Positions 51,318-61,781 of a DNA stretch of 64,000 bases are shown one piece after another. Under the pieces are notes generated by a model. The model saw only the letters and a list, made by a program, of their open reading frames with translations, was not told the origin of the DNA and ran no database searches. The DNA lies in the IMG/VR virus record IMGVR_UViG_3300034375_003182, positions 18,756 to 82,755 of that record. The stretch is one strand, 5' to 3'. This DNA comes from a virus. A program made the position numbers and the translations under genes. Position 1 is the stretch's first letter, and the number at the start of each line of letters is the position of its first letter.

Positions 51318-51377
51318 GACCTCAACCAAAAACCAATATATAGACTTGCGAATGCTCGCCTCTTTTAACTCCCTAAA

Positions 51378-52820
51378 TTAGGAAGCTACACATTGAATAT
51401 CCAACGAAGTATCAAATCTACGTAAGCAGATACCCGCTGTCTTCAACATGTGTACACTTGCACCATCAACGTCTGATGCTCTTGCGTCTGAGCCAGAGAA
51501 ACCTCTAGGAACTACAGAACCTGCAACACACCAACGCATCATCTCACGACCTTTCTTAGAGATCATTGTAAGATTAGCTTGTCCGTCATAGTTAGACTGG
51601 TCTACAAATACCATACGGTATGACTCTAATGAGTAACCAGTAACTGGGTGCTTTCCACGAGCCTGTGCAACAGGACCATGATCAAATAATGGTAATTTAA
51701 CCACATTGATTACGTGTCCATCCACATGCTCGTAAGTAGTGAAGTAACCAGTCAATCCTAAGTTACGTCCGCTACCTGTTATAAATCTATTCTCACCACC
51801 TACTTTGAAAGTGTTAGACGAGAAGTGAGACTTAAGTGCTTCATCAAATTCACGAGCTCCACCTGTACCTGTGTACAATGTAACTTGCTTTTGATTAGCA
51901 TCTGTCATTTGATAGAATAAGTCACCAATGATGTTTTTCAACTTAGTTTCAGTCATAGTTGAATAAGTATCAGTGTTTACGATCTGCTCGAATAAACCAG
52001 GACCTACAATAACAGGCTGTCCATTCTCATCTTTCATAAACGTGTTACCGTTTGCATCATAAGTTTTTTGTCCGTACCAGTAGTACATCTCACACTCTTC
52101 TTTAAAGTCAAGCATGTGCTGATACTCTTCATAATCCATCCAAAGGTTAGTAGAACCACCACCTTTAGTTGGTAAAGTAAACTCAGCTACATAATCTTTA
52201 GCATGTCCTGACATGTGGTAAGATTTACGTACTGTAGTAATTTTGTTTCTCACTTTACCTGGTGCTTGCCAGTTAGAAGCGTTACCTCTAGAGAAGTCAA
52301 CACCTACTGGAGCATATAGTTGTGCCCAAAGATCACCTGCAGTAAAACCTGAAGTTAATACTGTAGCTGCCGCTGGATTTACTAATTGTAAAGTGTATTC
52401 CCAACCAGAACCACCTACATAAGGCTTAGGTTCTGCCATAATACGTGCTAGTTCACCCGCAGAGTTTACTAATACGTAAGGAAATACAAATCGTTTATCA
52501 GGGAATACCAACGTAAAAGTTGATCCTCCTTGTCCTAAGTTAGTGCCCGCATTTGTCACAGCCAATGGACGAGTTCTCAATTTGTGGGTTGCCACACGAT
52601 ATTCATACTCTAATCTGTCGATTGATTGAACGTTACCAGCTCCTTCAGTTAAGAAAGATAATGGGAAACGCTTATCATCCTTACCAGACAAGTGTGTGAT
52701 AATCGGAGAAAGTTCAGTTGGTTTTGACAAAAGAGCATTTGCCAGACTGTTCATGTCTGTCATTTGTGAATCATTATAAAACGTCTTTTGAACGCTTATA
52801 TTTGTTCCTGTTAAGCTCAT
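51378..52820 (-). CDS. Major capsid protein (crAss type)
   Basis: 480 aa; TD.NSL.N, FPL..LTEG, W.YTLQLV, RN..T..RKS, G.GL.EQI, LYTG.GG..EF motifs; position after portal and scaffold; downstream terminator. Confidence 0.9.
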   Translation of the reverse strand: MSLTGTNISVQKTFYNDSQMTDMNSLANALLSKPTELSPIITHLSGKDDKRFPLSFLTEGAGNVQSIDRLEYEYRVATHKLRTRPLAVTNAGTNLGQGGSTFTLVFPDKRFVFPYVLVNSAGELARIMAEPKPYVGGSGWEYTLQLVNPAAATVLTSGFTAGDLWAQLYAPVGVDFSRGNASNWQAPGKVRNKITTVRKSYHMSGHAKDYVAEFTLPTKGGGSTNLWMDYEEYQHMLDFKEECEMYYWYGQKTYDANGNTFMKDENGQPVIVGPGLFEQIVNTDTYSTMTETKLKNIIGDLFYQMTDANQKQVTLYTGTGGAREFDEALKSHFSSNTFKVGGENRFITGSGRNLGLTGYFTTYEHVDGHVINVVKLPLFDHGPVAQARGKHPVTGYSLESYRMVFVDQSNYDGQANLTMISKKGREMMRWCVAGSVVPRGFSGSDARASDVDGASVHMLKTAGICLRRFDTSLDIQCVAS

Positions 52821-52872
52821 AATTATCTAATTTTATTTAAGTTAAGTTGCATTTTAAAATTGCCATTTTTAA

Positions 52873-53985
52873 TTAAAAGTTAAGATCTAAATCATCTAAG
52901 TCTACTTGCTTACTCTTGCGCCTTGACGCTTTTCGTGCGCTTTTAACTCGCTCTTCATTTCTAGAAATTCTATCTCTCAACGATTTAGCATTTGATGTCT
53001 TAGCTTTCTTCTCTACCAATTTTGATAAATCAAAACCTTTGTACATTAAATAATCAATCGCGAGTTTAGTTTCTATTTCTGCTCCTGCGTGATCTAAATC
53101 TCGCTGTGTCCTACCATCCTGTGACACTGGTCGAGAGAGGTATTCAAAAAATTTGTTTTTCTCTCTCTTTGGAACCGTAATGCCTGCAAACTCATCTGTT
53201 TCTTCAATAGTTTCATACACACCATTCCAAAATTCTTCTTGCTGCTCTTGTTGCTGTTGTCTTTCTGCTTTTCTCTGCTGTACTAGCTGAGCTCTACTAT
53301 TCTCTTGCATCTTAGACAGTGCGCCTTGTGCAGCTTTTGCTTTATCTAATAACTTGCCGTTATCCTGGTAATCCTCAAGCAGTTCATTTATAAACTCTTG
53401 TTCGTGACCTTTTGTGGCAAAGTAATCAGACAAAATAGCTTTTTGACTTCTTACATCGTCTTCTGCAAGCTCAACCTTACCGTAATCCAAATTAGGATCA
53501 TAAGCTTGCATAAAGTCTTGAGAGTCTCCTCCGTTAAGAACGTATTCAAGATGATCTTTAACTAATGGAAAGTTTTCAAACAGATTATCTAACTGATCTT
53601 CTGCAATTTGTTTTCCTACATCTTGAGTCATAGCTAACAAACCTTCTGTCGTATCATCATACTCTTCGTCAGTTTCATATCCCAACTGGTCTAGTATTTC
53701 AGATACTACTGTATTAGCTACAGGTTCTCTATCATCATCTTCATCCTCATCTTCATCGTAGTCTTCGTCTTCATCTTCATCCTCTTCGTTATCATACTCC
53801 TCTTCTTCCTCTACGTCTTCAGACTCTTCTAATTCTTCTGCATCCGCGTCAAGCTCTTCAGCTTCATCACTTGGGTTGTCTATTGCGAGATCGTCTGCTA
53901 CTTCTGAGCTTTCTGATCCTCCTGTAATAACATCGTCAAATGAAATATCATCCAAACCGATGCCTTCTTCTCCTGGTTCTATCAT
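52873..53985 (-). CDS. Acidic scaffold-like protein preceding MCP
   Basis: 370 aa with long Asp/Glu tract, then coiled coil; conserved position in Crassvirales. Confidence 0.7.
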   Translation of the reverse strand: MIEPGEEGIGLDDISFDDVITGGSESSEVADDLAIDNPSDEAEELDADAEELEESEDVEEEEEYDNEEDEDEDEDYDEDEDEDDDREPVANTVVSEILDQLGYETDEEYDDTTEGLLAMTQDVGKQIAEDQLDNLFENFPLVKDHLEYVLNGGDSQDFMQAYDPNLDYGKVELAEDDVRSQKAILSDYFATKGHEQEFINELLEDYQDNGKLLDKAKAAQGALSKMQENSRAQLVQQRKAERQQQQEQQEEFWNGVYETIEETDEFAGITVPKREKNKFFEYLSRPVSQDGRTQRDLDHAGAEIETKLAIDYLMYKGFDLSKLVEKKAKTSNAKSLRDRISRNEERVKSARKASRRKSKQVDLDDLDLNF

Positions 53986-54006
53986 AATCTATATATTAAT
54001 TTTTTA

Positions 54007-54014
54007 CAAAAATA
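54007..54014 (-). promoter_or_regulatory. Possible Bacteroidota -7 promoter element for scaffold/MCP
   Basis: TATTTTTG (TAnnTTTG) 21 nt upstream of the ATG in an AT-rich intergenic gap; no clear -33 TTTG. Confidence 0.45.
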
Positions 54015-54073
54015 GTTAATTATACAAGTAATATCACATACATATAAGTTTTTGGATATGTCTTTATTATATA

Positions 54074-56518
54074 TCACTTGCGTTTCTTTTTTCTAAGTTT
54101 TTTTCTGTATCCTCCATATCTATTTCCAGCAATCAGTTTGCCTTCTGGAGTTAATGCTTGCTTAATTGTGCTGACTCCTTCAATAACTTTGCCTCCGACG
54201 TTCTTTGCTGCTTCTGGCGTAGATTCAACTAAATCAGTGTCTGTAAATTTATTAAGTAGCTTAGTTCCATATTTAACCAAAGGATTTTTATCACCTAATA
54301 AAGATACAGTTCTTAAAGCTGCACTATCATAATCTTTATCATACAAATCTTTACCTATCTTAAATGTATCTTTAATCTTTGCTAGTTGAGGAACAACATC
54401 TGTTGCTTTCTTAAAAGCTTGAAGCCTGTTATCCACAGTTCCTTCACCTTTAATCTCACTTTGCGCTTGATTGGCTATAATACCATATGCTTGCGGAACC
54501 GCCATACCTTTCATTGTATTATATGTTCCTGATAATAAACTCCCTGTTTTTGATTTAGCAGTTTGCATTAAAGTTTGACCAGCAGGAGATTTACTCATAA
54601 TATTAGTAAAATCTGTTGCAGCTTTAGTTCCATACCTTTTTATAGGAGCTATTAACTTTTGGGCAGTTGGTTTTAATATATTTGTATAAGCAGATTGTGA
54701 ACCTGATCTTACTAACTGTTGACCTGCATATCCTAGCCCTAACTCTGCCCCTATAATTCCAGCGGTCGGTAACCCTAAAGTTGCTAAAGCAACCTTTTCT
54801 CTACCGCTTTGTTGAACACCTCGTATTACAGGATTAACTTCTTGTGCATATGCTGCGGATTCTAAGGTAGAAGGACCTGAGCCTCTCTCTGTTACAATCT
54901 CTACCTCTGGAAGCATTTGCATATTAAGAGTTGGTTCTCCCTTTTCATCATAAGTAGTGCTAGCTACCCTGCCCTCTTTATATGCTTTGTTATATTCTTT
55001 ACTTCCATATGTAACATAATCCATGTCATATGGAGTAACTTGGTCATTACCTCCTTCTTGAAACTTCTGTGGATATTTTGGTTTGTACCCTCCGCTCTTT
55101 CTCTTACGAAGTGCTGGTGCTACATCTTTATATTTTTCTGCAAAGTATCTTGCATCTTGCTCACGATCAAACTTAATAGCTTCATCTGTTCTAGGACCTG
55201 TGTATTGTAAACTACCACCTACATCTTGTATGTTTGGTATAGCAGACTTACCATAGCTACCCATATGATGAGTTCCTGTTCTACCATCACCAAAATCATA
55301 TGATTTATCAGTTGGCTTTATCATTCGAGATATGGCTGGGTTATTGCCAAATTCATTTTCCATGGCAATCTTTGCTTTCATCATACCCGTCATACCTTCA
55401 TTACTTGGTATAGCTCTAGGACCGTCTGTTCTACGAGGACCCCCATCTTGAAAAGTTTTAAGTCTTATTACTGCCTTTGCAGATGAGGCAAGAGCTTTGG
55501 TAGCTACACCAGCATTTTTACCAGGCTGCACAAGATCCAAAATGTCCCCTTTAGTAAGACCCATCTTTTTTCTATACTTTTTTATTCCAGAAAGGTCTTG
55601 ACCCATAAGAATTTTAAAAGCATCACCTTGTCCAAAATCTTCATTTTCAGACATTGCTTCTGTATATGGAGAGCTTAAGGTATTTATAAGTCGTGTAAAC
55701 TCTTGGACTTCTGCGTCAGTAAGCTTATCGAGTGCAGGAAGCACCTTATCCATAGCTTTGTAGACTGGAGCATTTGTCATTTCCCTACCACTCTTCCATG
55801 TATAGTCTGAGTACTCAGGAATATCTTTAAAATCTTCATAGTTATTTAGTATATCACTACCTACAAAATTTTCTTGATCAAGCCTTCTTTGATCAAAAAG
55901 ATAACTCAATCTTTTGGCTTGTAGTTGCTCAAATTCTTCTTCACTTAGAGGTTTTACGTACTCTAATTTGGCTGCTTTATCTGAATACTGCTGATAGGTT
56001 TCGTTTTGAATTTCTTCAAGATCAGATTTAAACACTAGTTTGCCATCAAACTCAACATAATTTTGCATCTCATGTGGCTTTATGTTAGGAATAAATTCAT
56101 AAGAATCTTTTACTACATCAAGATTTTTAAAAGCGTCAAAAGTTCTTTCAGATATTACTGGCTTGTCATCATAACCTGTAGGTTGCTTAGGATTAGGATC
56201 TTTAGTACCACCCTTTTCCATCTTCTGTATAAGCATACCTTCTGCTGGTCCTGATGGTAAGTTTCTCAGGCCAGGAGGTGCACTTTGATAAGATTGTACT
56301 AAGTGTCCTTGATTATCTTGCACAGGAGGTCGTGCGCTTGCAGGGTTTATTTGTGGAGGGGATGCTGGGGGTACAGGCATTTCAGGCATCTGCTGCTGCA
56401 TAGCTACACCTTCAGGACCTTGCGGTTGCTGTTGAGGTTGTAGAATTTCAGCAAGACTGCCTTTATAATTTGACTTGATGGCCTCTTTCAAGACCTGCAT
56501 CTGCTCCTCGTTCGTCAT
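54074..56518 (-). CDS. Modular hypothetical protein inserted between portal and scaffold genes
   Basis: 814 aa, start overlaps portal stop; Gln/Pro-rich N-terminus, segments delimited by xxxGG motifs, hydrophobic helix, poly-basic C-terminus. Confidence 0.7.
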   Translation of the reverse strand: MTNEEQMQVLKEAIKSNYKGSLAEILQPQQQPQGPEGVAMQQQMPEMPVPPASPPQINPASARPPVQDNQGHLVQSYQSAPPGLRNLPSGPAEGMLIQKMEKGGTKDPNPKQPTGYDDKPVISERTFDAFKNLDVVKDSYEFIPNIKPHEMQNYVEFDGKLVFKSDLEEIQNETYQQYSDKAAKLEYVKPLSEEEFEQLQAKRLSYLFDQRRLDQENFVGSDILNNYEDFKDIPEYSDYTWKSGREMTNAPVYKAMDKVLPALDKLTDAEVQEFTRLINTLSSPYTEAMSENEDFGQGDAFKILMGQDLSGIKKYRKKMGLTKGDILDLVQPGKNAGVATKALASSAKAVIRLKTFQDGGPRRTDGPRAIPSNEGMTGMMKAKIAMENEFGNNPAISRMIKPTDKSYDFGDGRTGTHHMGSYGKSAIPNIQDVGGSLQYTGPRTDEAIKFDREQDARYFAEKYKDVAPALRKRKSGGYKPKYPQKFQEGGNDQVTPYDMDYVTYGSKEYNKAYKEGRVASTTYDEKGEPTLNMQMLPEVEIVTERGSGPSTLESAAYAQEVNPVIRGVQQSGREKVALATLGLPTAGIIGAELGLGYAGQQLVRSGSQSAYTNILKPTAQKLIAPIKRYGTKAATDFTNIMSKSPAGQTLMQTAKSKTGSLLSGTYNTMKGMAVPQAYGIIANQAQSEIKGEGTVDNRLQAFKKATDVVPQLAKIKDTFKIGKDLYDKDYDSAALRTVSLLGDKNPLVKYGTKLLNKFTDTDLVESTPEAAKNVGGKVIEGVSTIKQALTPEGKLIAGNRYGGYRKKLRKKKRK

Positions 56519-58782
56519 TAACTCTTACGCTTCTTGTTTGCTTCCCTTTTTATTTCTTCATTAGCTCTGTTAGATCTAGCGTCCTCATCAGCTTCTTTTG
56601 CCTTAATAGCAACCTCTTGTGACTTAACTTCTTGATCCATCATAGCTTTTTCTAGATTAAACTTGCCAGCATTTTCAGCCATACCAGCTTGTATCATTGC
56701 AATATCAATCTTGTTCTTTCTATCAAGCTCGTTGTTTTGATTTGCATTATCTAGCTCTTGCTGTTTCATTTGAGCTTGTAGTTGTTCTGACTGCTGCTTA
56801 GCTTGCATTTCTGCTTGCTGTTGCTGCTGCTGTAATTCTTGCATAGACTTCTCAGCTTCTTTCAGCTTATGCTTAATCTCAGTAAAGCTTTCTTGTTCTA
56901 GTAGGTCTGCCATAGCAGATGCTGGCATTCCGTTTTGTATCATAGACTGAGCCATTTGTCTGATAGTATCTATCTTTTCTTTCTCCTTACCAGAGTTAGT
57001 TACAAATATACCGTAGTCTGCTTCTAAGTGTGATAACGGATCTACAGTTAAATACTCTACAGTTCCATCAGGCATTACATATGCCCCGCTCTTACCTGTC
57101 AACCAAGCTTCTTTAGAGTAGTCAAGTAATGCTTGTAAGTCTCTTTGCTCTAAGTGCTCAAACTTTCTAAACATATCTTCTGTAATATGTGAAGATTGTA
57201 CAATAGCTTGCTGTGTAGATCCTTTACCTTCGTATTGTCCTACACTACCTTGTCTTTGTCTGTTTACACCAGATAGCTTTTCCCATTCGTTTAGTATAGA
57301 CTCTAGCAAAGTAATGTATTGAGATATAGTCTTGATTGACATATCTAATACAGACTGGTGCTGTGGATTTAGTGCAATACCTTCTTTGTTGTAATCTACC
57401 CACGCTATACCTGTACCTTCTACGTAGTACATAAACTTATCCATGTCCCACTTCTTTGGTATCATGTTAATATCAAACTGTGCTATAATATCTTTTGATC
57501 TTGCAATAGCTAGTTCTAATCTATACTTGTAAATGTTGTAGTTCAACTGGTAGGGTATACCTAGTGACACTAGAGATATGTTCTTTGCATTTATGTCTGA
57601 ATATCGTCTACCATTTATAGGTAACTTACAAACAGATGGGTCATTCATTGTGTTTCTTTGATTAGATACAGGATGTATATCTACATACATTCTACCATCT
57701 ATTCTTGTGCCCTGCCATACTTCATTTACCCAAGTGTACTTTACTTTAGCACCCATAGCTTTCATTTCTGCAGGCATTCTAAAACTTTCATCAACAATCT
57801 CTTCCTCTATTGTACCAGTCATTGGATCTGGGTATGTCAAAAATCCTATACGTTTTCTTGATTTCCAGTATACTGTTACAACTTCTATCAATCTATTTCT
57901 ATATGCATTCTCATCCTTAGATGTTTCAGCTCGTCTAAATAGTAAGTATGAATCAATATCTGATTGTCTAGGCTGTTCTAGCTCTAGTATTTGTTCGGGT
58001 GTTAGTAGGTCATAGAAGTGATCAACTACTGTTGAGACATGTACGTACTTACGAACTAATGCCCAGTCTCCGTCTTCTACAAACTCTAGATCTGGATCTT
58101 TGTCGTAATCTACGTCAAGAGGATTAAGTATATCATAGAAAGGTTCTCCATTACGAACACCTCTCTCTGTGTAAACTTCTCCAGATATTAGATAGTGAAA
58201 CCAGCCTTTCTGTAATTTATCATACACTTCTGCATTTTGCATTATGTAATTCATAGACTTCTGACCTATAATAGCTCTGTTGTCTACGTAACTTCTTTCA
58301 AAAGACTTTAATATATCTTCAGGTAATTGTATCTGCTGCTCTTGCATTTCTTCAGGAGCAATACCCATCTGCATCATCTTATTAGCAAACTGTGCCTGCA
58401 TATTTTGCATAAACACCATCTGCTTTGCTTTTTCTTTTTCAGATACTACATCCTCGTTAAGGACTGCTACGGTATAATTGAGAGGTCGTTTAGACTTCTC
58501 ACCTAATAGAAGATCAATGATAGGCTTGATAATAGGATAGTTACGCATTTTAGAGGGGAAATTATTGCGGGACTTGCCATATGGGGCAAGAACGTAACGA
58601 TAGTCTTCCTCTTCAATTATACCATTGTAGTAGTCATACAGTGTTCTGATGTAGTCTCTTCTCTTAGATACACCTTGATTAGATAAGTCGATAAAAGCTT
58701 CAACACAAGCTTCTTTCCACTTTTTATTTTTCTTTGATAAAGGCAGCTTTTGCTGCGGTATTTTTTCTCCCCCTAGATACAT
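56518..58782 (-). CDS. Portal protein
   Basis: IPQQKLP..KK...W, NYPIIKPIIDLLLGE...RP, PYQ..YNI, SGV.RQR.G motifs; C-terminal Gln-rich coiled coil; follows terminase. Start set to ATG 58782. Confidence 0.9.
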   Translation of the reverse strand: MYLGGEKIPQQKLPLSKKNKKWKEACVEAFIDLSNQGVSKRRDYIRTLYDYYNGIIEEEDYRYVLAPYGKSRNNFPSKMRNYPIIKPIIDLLLGEKSKRPLNYTVAVLNEDVVSEKEKAKQMVFMQNMQAQFANKMMQMGIAPEEMQEQQIQLPEDILKSFERSYVDNRAIIGQKSMNYIMQNAEVYDKLQKGWFHYLISGEVYTERGVRNGEPFYDILNPLDVDYDKDPDLEFVEDGDWALVRKYVHVSTVVDHFYDLLTPEQILELEQPRQSDIDSYLLFRRAETSKDENAYRNRLIEVVTVYWKSRKRIGFLTYPDPMTGTIEEEIVDESFRMPAEMKAMGAKVKYTWVNEVWQGTRIDGRMYVDIHPVSNQRNTMNDPSVCKLPINGRRYSDINAKNISLVSLGIPYQLNYNIYKYRLELAIARSKDIIAQFDINMIPKKWDMDKFMYYVEGTGIAWVDYNKEGIALNPQHQSVLDMSIKTISQYITLLESILNEWEKLSGVNRQRQGSVGQYEGKGSTQQAIVQSSHITEDMFRKFEHLEQRDLQALLDYSKEAWLTGKSGAYVMPDGTVEYLTVDPLSHLEADYGIFVTNSGKEKEKIDTIRQMAQSMIQNGMPASAMADLLEQESFTEIKHKLKEAEKSMQELQQQQQQAEMQAKQQSEQLQAQMKQQELDNANQNNELDRKNKIDIAMIQAGMAENAGKFNLEKAMMDQEVKSQEVAIKAKEADEDARSNRANEEIKREANKKRKS

Positions 58783-58788
58783 ATCCTG

Positions 58789-58796
58789 CAAAATTA
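58789..58796 (-). promoter_or_regulatory. Possible Bacteroidota -7 promoter element before portal
   Basis: TAATTTTG(CA) immediately upstream of the ATG; no clear -33 element. Confidence 0.35.
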
Positions 58797-58859
58797 ATAT
58801 TTTTTATACACACATTAACGAGGTGTATACATTTTAAACTATTATTTATATATATAACA

Positions 58860-60851
58860 CTAGCGATAATTCTTATCAAACCAATCGTTTGATGCATTAT
58901 CTTCTAGTATCTCTTTAACCTCCGCATTGTATAACTCTCGTGTATGGTACATCCCTACCATCAGTGCCATTACACGGTCAAAGTTACCCTTATGATTAAA
59001 CTTTATTAGCTCCTGTAAAAGACCTAAATCATATATCTTATGTAAGTTAAGTGTTACCTTATCTCCATCATCAGATCTTACAGCGTTCAACCAGTCTCTT
59101 ATATACAACTCACCCTGCCTCTTCCTAGCTTCTGTTGTATGCATACCAAAGTTACGTTTTACATTTCTAGATCTTAGTTCTTTCTTATCTAACATCTCAA
59201 ACTCTTCCTGTAATCTGTGTAACTTTCTGTGCTGCTTTGCGTATTGTATTACAGCACCACGATCGTTCTCAAATCCTATCTTAGCATTGTAATAGTCAGC
59301 TAGCATAAATAAATTTTTGTTATATTCGTCCTGCGTGTGTGGCCTACCTACATAGCTAGCAACAATTAAATCATCAGGCTTTGATATATTATTTATTCTC
59401 TTTATCACATACGCAGCACCAAGAGAACTGGAGTCTGCTGATTGGTTTTGTCCGTACGGGTCATGGCAAACTAGATATAGGTTATGTGGAGTTTGTCCCT
59501 CCTGGTTTCTATAAGGACCTTCGTAGAGAACAATGGCTCCTTCCAGATTATCTTCTTTACGATGTGGAAATCGAAGGATTGGCCTAGCATCTCCATCAGG
59601 CTCAAACTTTATTCTATTTTCTTTACCATAATACAGTTTACCTGCAGTACCTATAGCATGTAGCTTGTTTGCTTTTACCTTATTATATTGCTCTTGTAGT
59701 GATGATATATCAAATAGATTTGAAGATACTTGTAATGTAGCTTCTGCCGGGCACATAGGATGTTCTGCTATATACTGATCATATGCTTTTGGATCATTAG
59801 TACCTTTCTTTTTGTTCCTGTTTCCTTCTTCAAAATCTATAGCCTTATCTACAAAAGAGTTACCATCATCATCTATAAACCCTTCTAAGTTCTCAAATAT
59901 TGGCACAAAGTACCCACATTCTGTGCCCATAGCACCATCATCCCACACATTCTTAAAAGCTAAACAGTCATACGAATCTGGATTGTAGAATAGCTCTTCC
60001 ATACCTTGAAAATCTGATCCTTCTGTACCACCTGTACCAAATGCAATCATTGTACCTAATGTCTTACTACCTTGACGCATTGTTGGCATAGCAACTTCCC
60101 ATGCTTTTAGTAGTCCTGGAAATGACCCAGCCTCTTCAAAAAATATAAGTTCACCTGCCTTACCACGGACTTTGTCTGGATCATCTTTTAGTGACACGCC
60201 TATAATTTGTGATTTCATTCCCATCTCTACAAGTGCACCATTTACATTCTTTTTGTACCCAGATTGTTTGTGCATTTCTCTGTCTCGTAGTCTTGGCTGC
60301 GTCCATGCTGTATTATCATCTACAAATGACATAATATCCCAAGCTTTGGACAGTAGTCCATCCCCAATCAAGTACTCTTTCTGCCCTGCAAAAACATAGT
60401 TTTTACTATTACGCATATGAAAGTAGTTACGTACAAGCATAGCAGCAGCTTTATAAGAAAATCCTTTACGACGTGCTTTTAATACCGTCATATGCTTGTT
60501 TTCTCTCCTACATCTATCTACTGATAAGAAATATTTCCAATCTCCGTCGTAAAATGCTGGGAATGTACGCTCTCTTCGCGCTATAATTGTACCATCTGGT
60601 AGTTCTTCATCAACAGATCTGTCAATGGGGCAGTAGTTTAGATAAAAATAATGATTACCTGTTATAGTTACACCATTGTGAGTGTAGCCATACAGACATC
60701 TACGTCTCTCTTCATCCCAATATTCAAAGTAAGGCTTTGTTCCTGGTAATGCATCTGTATAGTAACCATTTTTTAAGTACTTATTTGCAGCTGGAGCTAG
60801 TCCTCTGGTGCGCTTAAATACTTCTTTTTTAAATTCAATAACTCTTGACAT
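58860..60851 (-). CDS. terL: Terminase large subunit
   Basis: Walker A LKARRKGFSY, Walker B IFFEEAG, FGTGG coupling motif, nuclease CHDPY and NFDRVMA. Confidence 0.93.
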   Translation of the reverse strand: MSRVIEFKKEVFKRTRGLAPAANKYLKNGYYTDALPGTKPYFEYWDEERRRCLYGYTHNGVTITGNHYFYLNYCPIDRSVDEELPDGTIIARRERTFPAFYDGDWKYFLSVDRCRRENKHMTVLKARRKGFSYKAAAMLVRNYFHMRNSKNYVFAGQKEYLIGDGLLSKAWDIMSFVDDNTAWTQPRLRDREMHKQSGYKKNVNGALVEMGMKSQIIGVSLKDDPDKVRGKAGELIFFEEAGSFPGLLKAWEVAMPTMRQGSKTLGTMIAFGTGGTEGSDFQGMEELFYNPDSYDCLAFKNVWDDGAMGTECGYFVPIFENLEGFIDDDGNSFVDKAIDFEEGNRNKKKGTNDPKAYDQYIAEHPMCPAEATLQVSSNLFDISSLQEQYNKVKANKLHAIGTAGKLYYGKENRIKFEPDGDARPILRFPHRKEDNLEGAIVLYEGPYRNQEGQTPHNLYLVCHDPYGQNQSADSSSLGAAYVIKRINNISKPDDLIVASYVGRPHTQDEYNKNLFMLADYYNAKIGFENDRGAVIQYAKQHRKLHRLQEEFEMLDKKELRSRNVKRNFGMHTTEARKRQGELYIRDWLNAVRSDDGDKVTLNLHKIYDLGLLQELIKFNHKGNFDRVMALMVGMYHTRELYNAEVKEILEDNASNDWFDKNYR

Positions 60852-61075
60852 TTCTCGTACTCTTCTGTTTCTATAAAATGTTCTATTAACAGATCTAGCG
60901 TAGCTTCATCTCTGCCATCACTGCTTATAGGGTCAAACGGTAGGTAAAACTCCTCCATTCTACCAGATTGCTCTGCTTTTTCAAATATATCGTCAAGTGT
61001 TATTCTTCTAGTTACAAAATCATATGCATTATTCATTGAATCGTAGTAATCTTGCATGTCATCTAAAAAATCCAT
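60797..61075 (-). CDS. Small protein with UVR-like helical motif
   Basis: LIEHFIETEEYEKCQEL at C-terminus. Confidence 0.55.
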   Translation of the reverse strand: MDFLDDMQDYYDSMNNAYDFVTRRITLDDIFEKAEQSGRMEEFYLPFDPISSDGRDEATLDLLIEHFIETEEYEKCQELLNLKKKYLSAPED

Positions 61076-61084
61076 AACCCAAAT

Positions 61085-61588
61085 CTACGAACTATATTTG
61101 TTAACTACAACTCCTCCGCGTGTATTTGTATTAACTTGCTCTTGTTTAGCAACCTGCTCCTCTAATTTAGATAATCCATTTACTACATCCCCCATCTTAG
61201 ATAAGTTGGCAACCAAATCCTTTGCATGAAATATAGGTCTACCATTATCATCCATTAATGTAAGATCTACAGTTTCAAAATACTTTTGTAGTTTTATTAC
61301 AGATGACCTAGCAGCATTTAGTAATTTTACTGCAGATGTTTCTTTTAATTTTTTATATACATCACAAGCCGCTTGCACTTTTGTAGATGCTTTAGATTCT
61401 TTACCATATACACCTAACATTACTTCATTATGTCTAGAGTCTAAATCATATACTGCATACGGTGACTTATGATCACACATAAAGTAAACATATGCAAGTT
61501 CTTTTGCATTCAGATTCTTGAACTCCAAAATACTTTTAGCATATGGAGAAGGCACTGCTACATTATCGACTATCTCTAGTAATTCCAT
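61085..61588 (-). CDS. Conserved crAss protein upstream of terminase (candidate small subunit)
   Basis: KELAYVYFMCD.KSPY...AC..Y...T...LL pattern and C-terminal RGG; position just before terL. Confidence 0.55.
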   Translation of the reverse strand: MELLEIVDNVAVPSPYAKSILEFKNLNAKELAYVYFMCDHKSPYAVYDLDSRHNEVMLGVYGKESKASTKVQAACDVYKKLKETSAVKLLNAARSSVIKLQKYFETVDLTLMDDNGRPIFHAKDLVANLSKMGDVVNGLSKLEEQVAKQEQVNTNTRGGVVVNKYSS

Positions 61589-61781
61589 TTATTATATCTC
61601 TTCTTTCTTTTTTAGAGTGAAACTTTCCAAAATATGGTAGCCTAATAGAGTCAAATTCACCTCCTGACATAACTTTAGCCACATACTTAAACTGACTGTT
61701 TACAATTCTTTCTATCTTCTCTAACGGTAAGTTATACTTTGTCGCTAGTGTTTGTATTATCTCCTTTTTTGACTTCGCCAT
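61563..61781 (-). CDS. HU/IHF-like DNA-binding protein
   Basis: KKEII..LA.KYNL......IV.SQF...SIRLPYFGKF matches the HU fold. Confidence 0.7.
   Translation of the reverse strand: MAKSKKEIIQTLATKYNLPLEKIERIVNSQFKYVAKVMSGGEFDSIRLPYFGKFHSKKERRDIINGITRDSR

Noticed and set aside
53730-53860. tcttcatc-type simple repeats
   Set aside because: Explained by the Asp/Glu tract of the scaffold-like protein.
54041-58860. Shared GTG..ATATATAA motif in the gaps before portal and scaffold genes
   Set aside because: Only two loose AT-rich instances overlapping stop codons; not distinguishable from background by eye.
51378-60851. Introns or inteins in terminase, portal or capsid genes
   Set aside because: ORFs are continuous and of ordinary length, with no intein C...HN or homing-endonuclease motifs noticed.
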